From NCBI GenBank assembly GCA_965228475.1, contig OZ245817.1, positions 2,304,001 to 2,368,000 of the forward strand: a stretch of DNA of 64,000 nt, written 5' to 3'. The stretch comes from Myxococcota bacterium. Its GTDB lineage: Bacteria > Myxococcota_A > UBA9160 > JAFDDA01. The position numbers and the translations under genes are program-made. Below, in pieces: positions 39,319 to 47,546 of this stretch; the first letter of the stretch is position 1, and each line of letters starts with the position of its first letter. The notes beneath the pieces were generated by a model that saw nothing but the letters and a program-made list of their open reading frames with translations, searched no databases and was not told the origin of the DNA.

Positions 39319-40193
39319 CGGGCCCCGGAGCCCGCGCCGAGCTCGGCCTCGAGGGGCCCGGCGGGCTCGACGGGGAAAAAGAGCGGCTCGCCGCGGGCGC
39401 GGAAGCCCGCGATGGCCTCGCGCCCGGCGGCCGAGGTGATCCAGTCGACGAAGGCCTGCGCGCCGCGGATCTTCGTGTGCGGGTGGCGCGCCGGGTCGAC
39501 GGCGATCACGCCGTACTCGTTGCGCATGCGCGGGTCGTGCTCGACGAGCAGGGCGAGCCCCTCCCGGTTCCGGAAGGCCACCCACGTCCCGCGATCCGTC
39601 AGCGTGTAGGCCGGAAGCTGGTTCGCCGTGTTCAACGTCGCGCCCATGCCGGAGCCGGTCTCGCGGTACCAGGTGCCCGGGCCGGTCTCCGGGTCGAAGG
39701 CGGTCGCCTGCCAGAGGGCGCGCTCGGCCTTGTGGGTGCCCGAATCATCGCCGCGCGAGAGGAAGAGCGCTTCGCTCCGGGCGATCTGCTCGAGCGCCTT
39801 CGTGATGTCCCCGCCGCCGGCGACGCCGGCCGGGTCTTCGGCGGGCCCCACCAGCACGAAGTCGTTGTACATCACCGCGTGCCGGGCGAGGCCGTAGCCC
39901 TCGGCGACGAAGGCCTCCTCCGAGGGCCGGTGGTGGACGAGCAGCACGTCGGCATCGCCGCGCCGGGCGAGGTCGATGGCGCGCCCAGTCCCCACCGCGA
40001 TCACCCGGACCCGGACGCCGGTCGCGGCCTCGAACTTCGGCAGCAGATGCTCGAAGAGGCCCGAGTCCCGGGTCGAGGTCGTCGAGGAGAGGGTGATCGT
40101 CTCGGCCTCGTCCGTCGCGTCGGCGTGGGCCGGAGCGGCCAGCATCACGGCGAGGATGCACAGCCCTCGTGCCCACCGGGAAAAGTGCCTCAT
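39315..40193 (-). CDS. tupA: Tungstate ABC transporter substrate-binding protein
   Basis: STTSTRDSGL, VGTGRA, DADVLLVH, SRGDDSGTH. Confidence 0.92.
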   Translation of the reverse strand: MRHFSRWARGLCILAVMLAAPAHADATDEAETITLSSTTSTRDSGLFEHLLPKFEAATGVRVRVIAVGTGRAIDLARRGDADVLLVHHRPSEEAFVAEGYGLARHAVMYNDFVLVGPAEDPAGVAGGGDITKALEQIARSEALFLSRGDDSGTHKAERALWQATAFDPETGPGTWYRETGSGMGATLNTANQLPAYTLTDRGTWVAFRNREGLALLVEHDPRMRNEYGVIAVDPARHPHTKIRGAQAFVDWITSAAGREAIAGFRARGEPLFFPVEPAGPLEAELGAGSGAR

Positions 40194-40939
40194 GCGAGGA
40201 GATCCCCCTTGAGGAAGGCCTGGGCCTCCGGGGTCTCGGGCCGGTCGAAAAAGCCTTCGGCCGGGGTCTGTTCGAGCAGGCGGCCGCGGTGGAGGAAGAG
40301 CACTTCGTCGGCGAGGCGCCGGGCCTGGCCGAGGTCGTGGGTCGTCATCACGATCTTGGTTCCCGTTGCCCGGATGCCGCGGATCAGCTCTTCGAGCGCG
40401 CGGGTCGAGGCCGGGTCGAGGGCGCTCGCGGGTTCGTCGAGCCAGAGCACTTCGGGTTCGACCGCCCAGGCCCGGGCGAGGGCGACCCGCTGGCGTTGCC
40501 CGATGGAGAGGGCGCGGGCCGGACGCGCGGCGAGGTCCGCGAGGCCCGCGGCCTCGAGGGTCCTGGCGACGCGCTCGGCGCGGGCCTCCCGCGCGAGTCC
40601 GCGCAGGCGGAGGGCGTAGTCGAGGTTCGCGGCCACGCGCCTGCGCAGGAGGACCGGGCGCTGGAGGAGCATCGCCTGGTGGGCCGGGGCTTCGTCCGCC
40701 CGCGCGCCGAGCCAGCGCACGCGCCCCCGGCTCGGACGGACGAGGCCGTGGGCGACGTGCAGCGTCAGGCTCTTTCCCGCGCCGTTCGGGCCGAGGATGA
40801 CGCTGCAGCCGCCGGCGCCGAGCTCGAAGTCGAGGCCGTCGAGCCGCGCGGCGCCCGCGAGGTCCAGCCCGACGCCTTCGAAGCGCAGGGGAAGGATGCT
40901 CGGGGCAGCCTCCTGCGGAGCGGCGTCAGGCTTCGGCAA
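40190..40939 (-). CDS. tupC: Tungstate ABC transporter ATPase
   Basis: GPNGAGKS, LSIGQRQR, LDEP; operon context. Confidence 0.88.
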   Translation of the reverse strand: MPKPDAAPQEAAPSILPLRFEGVGLDLAGAARLDGLDFELGAGGCSVILGPNGAGKSLTLHVAHGLVRPSRGRVRWLGARADEAPAHQAMLLQRPVLLRRRVAANLDYALRLRGLAREARAERVARTLEAAGLADLAARPARALSIGQRQRVALARAWAVEPEVLWLDEPASALDPASTRALEELIRGIRATGTKIVMTTHDLGQARRLADEVLFLHRGRLLEQTPAEGFFDRPETPEAQAFLKGDLLA

Positions 40940-41630
40940 GTTCCGCCATCCCTTGCGCGAGCTGCGCCACGGCCGTCACCGCGACCGAGAGCACGATCAG
41001 GACGATGCCGAGGCCGAGCGCCAGCGGCAGATCGCCGCGGCTCGTTTCGAGCGCGATCGCCGTCGACATCACCCGCGTCGCGTGGGCGATGTTGCCGCCG
41101 ACGATGATGGCCGAGCCGATCTCGGTGATCGCGCGGCCGAAGCCCGCGAGGAGCGCCGTCAGCAGGCTGTAGCGGGCCTCGTAGATCAAGGTCGCCATCG
41201 CACGCACGCCGCGCGCGCCGAGGGACTGGAGCGTTTCGCGGTATTCGCCCCAGTGGTCCTCGAGAACCTGGCGCGAGAGCGCGGCGAGCAGCGGCAGGAC
41301 GAGCAGCGTCTGACCGACGATGATCGCCTGGGGCGTGAAGAGCCATCCGAGCGATCCGAGCGGCCCCGAGCGGGAGAGCAACAGGTAGACGAACAGGCCG
41401 ACGACGACCGCGGGAAGCGCCATCAGGCCGTTCAGGAGGGCCAGGACGACCCGGCGCCCCGGGAAGCGTGCGATCGCGAGGGCGGCGCCGACGGGGACGC
41501 CCACGAGCACGCCCAGGGTGAGCGCCGTCAGGCTCACGCGCAGGGAGAGCCCGACGATCTCGAGCAGCTCGGGGTCCGCGCCGGCGATCAGCCCGAGTGC
41601 ACTGCGAAAGGCCGCGACCAGATCCGCCAT
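40926..41630 (-). CDS. tupB: Tungstate ABC transporter permease
   Basis: LSRSGPLG, AGFGRAITEIG..IIVGGNI..TR. Confidence 0.92.
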   Translation of the reverse strand: MADLVAAFRSALGLIAGADPELLEIVGLSLRVSLTALTLGVLVGVPVGAALAIARFPGRRVVLALLNGLMALPAVVVGLFVYLLLSRSGPLGSLGWLFTPQAIIVGQTLLVLPLLAALSRQVLEDHWGEYRETLQSLGARGVRAMATLIYEARYSLLTALLAGFGRAITEIGSAIIVGGNIAHATRVMSTAIALETSRGDLPLALGLGIVLIVLSVAVTAVAQLAQGMAELAEA

Positions 41631-41700
41631 CCCGGGGGGATAGCTCAGTCCCTGCGCCAGGGGACAGCCGGCACCACCCCGAGGCGGCCCGGTGTAGCGT

Positions 41701-41736
41701 GTACCGATCGGTACGTTACAATGTACTGATCGGTAC
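41701..41736 (+). promoter_or_regulatory. Two 14-bp palindromic operators flanking a TACAAT -10 box
   Basis: GTACCGATCGGTAC (41701-41714, perfect), TACAAT (41717-41722), GTACTGATCGGTAC (41723-41736). Confidence 0.8.
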
Positions 41737-41779
41737 GGTACGCGCCCCGGCCGGCCGAAGACCTCGAAAAGGGGGACCC

Positions 41780-42715
41780 ATGACGACCGCCGCTTCGAAC
41801 ACCCTCGCACCCGGTTCGCGCCACGAGATCCCCGTGCGCGACCCCGGCTTCGCCTTCGACGCCTCGATCCCGCGCCACTGGCTCGCGGACAACCCGATCG
41901 CCACGCACTTCTTCAACGGCCTGAACCTGGTCTTCCCGGACGGGGAGCGCTGCTTCATTCGCGCCGTTTCCGACCACGCCTCCGAGATCCGGGATCCGGC
42001 GCTTCGCGAGCAGGTGAGCGCCTTCTTCGGCCAGGAGGCGCGCCACGCCGCCGAGCACGAGCGCTACTTCGACACGCTCCGCGAGCAGGGCTACGAGATC
42101 GACCGGTTCCTGGGCCGCTTCGGCCGGCTCGCCCGCCTCTCGAACCGCCACCTGCCGCGCAGCCTGCGCCTTGCCATGACCGCCGGTGCCGAGCACTGGA
42201 CCGCGGTCTTCGGCGCACAGGCGCTCGAGGACGAGCTCCTGCTGAAGCGGGCCCACCCGACGCTCCGCAACCTGATCCTCTGGCACGCGACCGAGGAGAT
42301 CGAGCACAAAGCGGTGGCCTTCGACGTCTTCATCGAGGCATACGGACGGGGGCCGCTCGGGTGGCTCCTGCGCATGGTCGGCTACGGCGCAGCGACCGTG
42401 ATCCTGTTCGGCTGGACGATCGCCGGAACGCGGATGCTCCTCCGGCAGGACGACCTGCGCCGCAACGACGTCGACCGCGCCCGGCGCGAGCTCCGGACGC
42501 ACCATCGCTGGGCGAACCTGAAGGCGACCCTTCGGGCGGCGGCCTCGTATCTGCGCCCGGGCTTCCACCCGAACGAGACCGACGAACTCGGCCTCGCCCA
42601 CGCGCGGCTCGCCGAGTTCGGCATCACCGACGGCTCCGGAGCGGGCCTCGCCGAGGCACCCGGCGAGTCCCCGCCCGGGGCCGGCGCGGCGCTGGCGGCG
42701 GGAGGTGCGGCCTGA
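41780..42715 (+). CDS. Predicted metal-dependent hydrolase family (ExxH-type metal ligands)
   Basis: FPDGE..FI, QEARH..EH, EHWTA, WHATEEIEHKAVAFDV, YLRPGFHP. Confidence 0.88.
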   Translation: MTTAASNTLAPGSRHEIPVRDPGFAFDASIPRHWLADNPIATHFFNGLNLVFPDGERCFIRAVSDHASEIRDPALREQVSAFFGQEARHAAEHERYFDTLREQGYEIDRFLGRFGRLARLSNRHLPRSLRLAMTAGAEHWTAVFGAQALEDELLLKRAHPTLRNLILWHATEEIEHKAVAFDVFIEAYGRGPLGWLLRMVGYGAATVILFGWTIAGTRMLLRQDDLRRNDVDRARRELRTHHRWANLKATLRAAASYLRPGFHPNETDELGLAHARLAEFGITDGSGAGLAEAPGESPPGAGAALAAGGAA

Positions 42716-43371
42716 GTCCGAAGGCGGCGACCCGGCCGCGCGGCGCCGAGAGTCGCGAGCGGCTGCTCGAGGCCGCGATCGCGCTCGTCTCGGAGCGGGG
42801 CGTGCGCGGTGCGGCGGTCGGGCCGCTGTGTGAGCGCGCGGGCGTCGCGCGCACGGCGCTCTACTGGCACTTCGAGAGCAAGGAGGGCCTGATCGCCGAA
42901 GTCATCGAAGCGATCGGCAGCCAGCTCATCGAGCGCATCCAGAAGCAGGTCTACCTCGAGGGCGACCCGATCGAGCGGGTCACGCGCCTCGTCGACGGCT
43001 GGCGCGAGCTCCTCGACGAAGCGCCCGAGCTGATCCGGCTTCCGATGCTCGTGCAGCTCGAACACGGCGAGGACCCGAGCGGCCTTCTGCCGCGTGCGGT
43101 CGCGCGCGTGCTCGACCGGGCCGAGGGCGCGCTGGTGGAAGGTCTCGAGGACACGCTCGGCGCGGAGATCGACGCGCCGGCCCAGGTGGCCTGGACGATC
43201 ATGGCGCTCCTGCAGGGCGCCGCCGTGCGCCAGGTCGCGCGGCCCGACGAAGGTCTGGATGCCTTCTTCGACGAGCTGCGCCGGACGATCGTGCTGGTGA
43301 TCGCCTCGCGACTCTCGCCGGCCGCCCAGCGGGAGATCGAAGCAACCCTGGCCGGGCGGGTGCGCCCCTAA
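42712..43371 (+). CDS. TetR/AcrR family regulator (probable CTG start)
   Basis: RERLLEAA..L...G, AGVARTALYWHFESKEGL; GGAGGT at 42701-42706. Confidence 0.85.
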   Translation: MSPKAATRPRGAESRERLLEAAIALVSERGVRGAAVGPLCERAGVARTALYWHFESKEGLIAEVIEAIGSQLIERIQKQVYLEGDPIERVTRLVDGWRELLDEAPELIRLPMLVQLEHGEDPSGLLPRAVARVLDRAEGALVEGLEDTLGAEIDAPAQVAWTIMALLQGAAVRQVARPDEGLDAFFDELRRTIVLVIASRLSPAAQREIEATLAGRVRP

Positions 43372-43439
43372 CGAAGCAACGCTTGCAGAGCGGGTGCGCC
43401 CCTAGCGAAGCAACGCTCGCAGAGCGGGTGCGCCCCTAA
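43338..43439. repeat. 34-bp tandem repeat, three copies
   Basis: cgaagcaac-N10-cgggtgcgccccta[a/g] at 43338, 43372 and 43406. Confidence 0.9.
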
Positions 43440-44527
43440 AGTTCGATGCGTGCCGCCTGGGCCGGGTCCGCGAAGTCGAGGCCCTGCTCGCGGTAGACCT
43501 TCCGCACCGCCTGGGTGTCGTCGCCGAAGGTGTGGATGTCGGTGACGGTCCGCTCGGCCGGATCGACGCGCCAGCCCTGGGCCAGGTAGCCCGGCACGAG
43601 CCGGTCCGGAACGAGTCCGATGCGCAGCAGGTTCGGGAGCACCGTCTGGGCCATGGGATCCCGCAGCCCCTCGAGGTCGAGGTTCTCCGGGTGCTGCACC
43701 TCCGAAAGGAACTTCGGGAGGAACTCGCCGAGGTCGATCCCGGTCTGGGCGAGCGCCTGGAACTGCGACTGGAAGGCCGGCTTCCCGGCGCGGCCGCCGA
43801 TGCGCGCGATCGCGTCGTAGGCCCAGTTCTCGAGCCGTTCGCGCGTCTCCGGGGCGAGGGCGGGGATCCGGTCTTCGAGCGTGAGGACGCCGTAGGCGAC
43901 GTGGCGCGCCTCGTCCTCGTGCACGCGCCCGATGAACTGGGCGAGGACGGGTTCGATGGCCATCTCCTCGCCGAGGCGGAAGAAGGAGAGGGCGATGCTC
44001 TCGAGGATGACCTGCATGCCGACGCACTTCGCTTCCCAATCGCGCTCGGCCAGCAGCTCGGTGACGATGCGCTGCAGGTCCGGGTCGATCGGGAAGCGCG
44101 TGCCGTGGCAATCGAGATAGCGGGCGAAGACTTCCACGTGGCGCGCTTCGTCGATCACCTGGGCCGCGGCGGCGAACTTGCCGTCCATGTCCGGCACGGC
44201 GTTCACGAGCTGGCCGCAGGTCATGAGCGCGGCCTGCTCGCCGTGCAGGACCTGGGAGATGAGGAAGAGGTTCGCGGTCTTGAACAGCCGCGCGCGGTCC
44301 TCGTCCGGCAGTTCCTGCACGCAGCGCAGGCGCGAGAGGAAGTCCGCCTTCGGATCGAGGATGTAGGCGCTCGGCTCGAAGTCGTTCCAGTCGACGTCGA
44401 GCTCGGCGTTCCACTGGTGGCGCTTCGACTTGCTGTAGAGGGACTCGAGCTTCTCGTGCTCGAGGCCGTAGTCGTCGCGGAAGGTGCTCGCGACGAGGGC
44501 GTCGGTGGTGAACTGGGACGGGTCCAT
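43436..44527 (-). CDS. Ferritin-like di-iron protein (AurF-like superfamily)
   Basis: HGEQAAL, two DEARHV motifs, intervening ILES. Confidence 0.85.
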   Translation of the reverse strand: MDPSQFTTDALVASTFRDDYGLEHEKLESLYSKSKRHQWNAELDVDWNDFEPSAYILDPKADFLSRLRCVQELPDEDRARLFKTANLFLISQVLHGEQAALMTCGQLVNAVPDMDGKFAAAAQVIDEARHVEVFARYLDCHGTRFPIDPDLQRIVTELLAERDWEAKCVGMQVILESIALSFFRLGEEMAIEPVLAQFIGRVHEDEARHVAYGVLTLEDRIPALAPETRERLENWAYDAIARIGGRAGKPAFQSQFQALAQTGIDLGEFLPKFLSEVQHPENLDLEGLRDPMAQTVLPNLLRIGLVPDRLVPGYLAQGWRVDPAERTVTDIHTFGDDTQAVRKVYREQGLDFADPAQAARIEL

Positions 44528-44555
44528 CGGGTTCTCCCGGGCGCAGCGAGGGGGC

Positions 44556-44585
44556 AGCTTAACGGTCGGTCAACTGGCGGGTCAA
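44556..44585 (-). promoter_or_regulatory. Sigma70-type promoter for the di-iron gene
   Basis: TTGACC-N18-TAAGCT on minus strand, overlapping imperfect palindrome TTGACCGACCGTTAA. Confidence 0.5.
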
Positions 44586-44711
44586 TCGAAACTCCCGCAT
44601 GGAATCCGGAGGGGTGCAGGTTTTACGCTCCGCTTACGAAAGAAAAGCGGATCCCGGTGACACCGCAGCCCGGTTGCGGGCGACTCACGAGCAGCCAACC
44701 AAGGAGCTGCC

Positions 44712-44945
44712 ATGCCCGTGCGTCCGCTTGCCCGTCTCGAGAACCTCGCGCTGCGCGCCTTCACCGCGCTCACCGTGCTCTTCGTCGCTTCGCCGAGCCT
44801 TGCCGTGACGGACCCGCGGGCCGTCCAGGGCGCCGCCGATTCCCTCGGCCCGGCGATCCCGGAGCCGAGCTCGATCCTGCTCTTCCTGGCGGGCGTCGGG
44901 GTGGTGGCCTGGGGCGTGAAGAACCGCCGCTCCCGCATCGACTGA
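44712..44945 (+). CDS. Minimal PEP-CTERM protein
   Basis: AAGGAG RBS, signal peptide, IPEPSS + TM + KNRRSR. Confidence 0.8.
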   Translation: MPVRPLARLENLALRAFTALTVLFVASPSLAVTDPRAVQGAADSLGPAIPEPSSILLFLAGVGVVAWGVKNRRSRID

Positions 44946-44969
44946 TCGCCCGCGAGCATCGACTAGGAC

Positions 44970-44983
44970 TGGAACACGTTCTA
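44970..44983. promoter_or_regulatory. KstR-like operator (TnnAACnnGTTnnA)
   Basis: TGGAACACGTTCTA overlapping a TATTTT -10-like hexamer, 27 bp before the echA19-like ATG. Confidence 0.65.
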
Positions 44984-45010
44984 TTTTGAGCCTCCCACTG
45001 GGAGGCTTCC

Positions 45011-45814
45011 ATGTCCGACCCCGCCGTTCTCGTCGAGAAAGACGGTCCGATCCTGACCGTCACCCTGAACCGTCCCGAGAAGCGCAACGCCGTCAACTGC
45101 GAGGCGCTCTGCCGTCTCTACGACGCGTGGGTCGACCTCGACCAGGACGACGCCCTGCGGGTCGCGATCCTGACGGGCAAGGGCGAAACCTTCTGCGCCG
45201 GCATGGACCTCGCCGAGATCGGCAAGCTCCAGAAGGGCATCCGCGACAACGAATGGCTCGAGCGCGTCGGCCGCGAGCCCCACGTGATCTTCGGCGGCTG
45301 GCTCAAGACCTACCGGCCGGGCAAGCCGCTCATCCTCGCCGCCGAAGGCTTCGCCCGCGCCGGCGGGACGGAGATCCTCCAGGGCACGGACATCCGTGTG
45401 GCGGGGGAGAGCGCGTGCTTCGGCGTGACCGAGGTCCAGCGCTCGCTCTTTCCGATGGCGGGCTCCGCGGTCCGTCTGCGGCGCCAGATCCCCTACGCGA
45501 TCGCCGCGGAGATGCTGCTCGCCGGCGAGGACCTTCCGGCCCGGCGGGCCTACGAGCTCGGCCTGGTGAATCACGTCGTGCCGGACGGGCAGGCCCTCGC
45601 GAAGGCCCGGGAGATCGCCGAGCGGATCGCGGCGAACGGGCCCCTCGCGGTGAAGGCCCTCGTCGCGACGCTGCGGGAGACCGAGACCCTGCCCGAGCCC
45701 GTGGCCTTCGAGATCGAGCAGAAGCACGCCATGCCCGTGATGATGTCGAAGGACGCCATCGAGGGGCCGAAGGCCTTCCTCGAGAAGCGGCCGCCCGTCT
45801 TCAAGGGGCATTAG
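45011..45814 (+). CDS. Crotonase/enoyl-CoA hydratase, EchA19-like
   Basis: FCAGMDL, GGTEILQGTDIRVAGESA, SLFPMAGSAVRLRRQIPY, ANGPLAV. Confidence 0.9.
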   Translation: MSDPAVLVEKDGPILTVTLNRPEKRNAVNCEALCRLYDAWVDLDQDDALRVAILTGKGETFCAGMDLAEIGKLQKGIRDNEWLERVGREPHVIFGGWLKTYRPGKPLILAAEGFARAGGTEILQGTDIRVAGESACFGVTEVQRSLFPMAGSAVRLRRQIPYAIAAEMLLAGEDLPARRAYELGLVNHVVPDGQALAKAREIAERIAANGPLAVKALVATLRETETLPEPVAFEIEQKHAMPVMMSKDAIEGPKAFLEKRPPVFKGH

Positions 45815-45899
45815 GCCTCACTCGCGGAGGGCGGCCCGCCGGATCTCGCGCGTCCGGCACGCTGACGTACACTCGAAGGCGACTCCCCAGGAGGCCTCC

Positions 45900-47372
45900 A
45901 TGGCTCGCTACGCCTACGACCGTCTCACGGCCCTCGACAACTCCTTCCTCCTCTTCGAGCGCCCGAACGCCTACATGCACGTCGCATCGACCCAGGTCTT
46001 CGAGATCGGGCCCCTGCGCACCGCCGACGGCGGAGTCGATGCCGAAGCGATCCGCAAGGCGATCGGCGCCCAGCTGCACCTGATCCCGCGCTACCGGCAG
46101 AAGCTCGCCAAGACGCCGATCGAGGGCCGCCCGGTGTGGGTGGACGATCCGGCGTTCAACCTCGACTACCACGTTCGCCACACGAGCCTGCCGAAGCCCG
46201 GCAACGAGGCGCAGCTCAAGCGGCTCTCCTCGCGGGTCATGGAGCAGCACCTCGACCGCCAGCGGCCCCTCTGGGAGATCTGGATCGTCGAAGGCCTCGA
46301 CGACGATCACTTCGCGATGATCTCGAAGGTCCACCACTGCATGATCGACGGCGTGTCGGGCGTGGACCTGCTCCGCATCCTGATGGCACCGACGCCGGAC
46401 CAGCAGATTCCCGAGGCCCCGATGTTCATCCCGCGCCCGGAGCCCTCGGGGTTCGAGCTGCTGCGGGACGAGGCCATGCGCCGGATCGCCATGCCTTTCA
46501 AGCTGCTCGGGGGGCTCGGCGAGCTCGTCGGCGAGGCGCGGGACGCTCGCCGCGACCTGGTGAACCGCGTCCAGTCGCTCTCCTCGATGATCGGCCGCAC
46601 CCTACGCAGCGCCACGGAGACGCCGCTCAACCGCGACATCGGCCCGCACCGCCGCTTCGACTGGTTCAAGATGGAGCTCGACGAGCTGAAATCGATCCGG
46701 CGCGCGCTCGACGGGTCGCTGAACGACGTCGTGCTCACGATCGTGACCGGTGCCGTGCAGCGCTTCCTCGAGGCGCGCCAGTGCGACACCCACGACATCT
46801 GCTTCCGCGTGATGGCGCCAGTCAGCGTCCGGGCCAAGCAGGAGCAGGGTGCCCTCGGCAACCGGGTCTCGGCCTGGATCATCGACCTTCCGGTGGGCGA
46901 GGCGGACCCGACGGCGCGCTTCAAGAACATCCACGAGCAGACGACCCAGCTGAAGCAGAGCAAGGAGGCCGTGGCGGCGGAGCTCCTCACCCAGGCGGCC
47001 GAGTTCACGCCCACCGGGCTGCTCGCCCTCGGTGCGCGCAACGTGACGCGCATGCTCCCCTTCAATCTGGTCGTGACCAACGTGCCCGGGCCGCAGTTCC
47101 CGATGTACATGCTCGGCGCGCAGATGCTCGACATCTACCCGCACGTCCCGCTGATGGATCATCTCGGGCTCGGCATCGCGCTGATGAGCTACGACGGCCA
47201 GCTTCACTGGGGTTTCAACGCGGACTACGACGTCGTTCCGGACCTGCGGGACTTCGTCGAGGACATCCAGGCCGCGTACCACGAGCTCGCGCGGGCGGCC
47301 GGGGTTTCCGTGGAAGGCGCCCGGCCGGCCCCGAAAGGCAACGGGGCGGCAGCGCCCTCGCCGAGCGCCTGA
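45900..47372 (+). CDS. Wax ester synthase/diacylglycerol acyltransferase (WS/DGAT)
   Basis: RLTALD..FL, RPLWE, KVHHCMIDGVSG, NDVVL, NLVVTNVPGP. Confidence 0.95.
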   Translation: MARYAYDRLTALDNSFLLFERPNAYMHVASTQVFEIGPLRTADGGVDAEAIRKAIGAQLHLIPRYRQKLAKTPIEGRPVWVDDPAFNLDYHVRHTSLPKPGNEAQLKRLSSRVMEQHLDRQRPLWEIWIVEGLDDDHFAMISKVHHCMIDGVSGVDLLRILMAPTPDQQIPEAPMFIPRPEPSGFELLRDEAMRRIAMPFKLLGGLGELVGEARDARRDLVNRVQSLSSMIGRTLRSATETPLNRDIGPHRRFDWFKMELDELKSIRRALDGSLNDVVLTIVTGAVQRFLEARQCDTHDICFRVMAPVSVRAKQEQGALGNRVSAWIIDLPVGEADPTARFKNIHEQTTQLKQSKEAVAAELLTQAAEFTPTGLLALGARNVTRMLPFNLVVTNVPGPQFPMYMLGAQMLDIYPHVPLMDHLGLGIALMSYDGQLHWGFNADYDVVPDLRDFVEDIQAAYHELARAAGVSVEGARPAPKGNGAAAPSPSA

Positions 47373-47440
47373 CCGGTTCACGAGGCGCGGGCCGGGTCTG
47401 ACCCGAAGTCGGCCAAGTCGCACATTCGTTGCCGTGATCC

Positions 47441-47484
47441 GGCGCACGGCCGGGTCGCTTTGGGCGCACGGCCGGGTCGCTTTG
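47441..47484. repeat. Perfect 22-bp tandem duplication, intergenic
   Basis: ggcgcacggccgggtcgctttg x2. Confidence 0.9.
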
Positions 47485-47546
47485 CCCGCGTCTTCGATCA
47501 ACCCCCCGACGCGACCGTCCGATGAGGGAGGGGAAGGGGGGGATCC

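Noticed and set aside
43338..43439. 34-bp repeats as a CRISPR array
   Set aside because: Repeats are contiguous with no unique spacers and there are no cas genes
44620..44700. c-di-GMP riboswitch upstream of the mini PEP-CTERM gene
   Set aside because: Hairpins are present but I could not find the conserved class I/II core nucleotides
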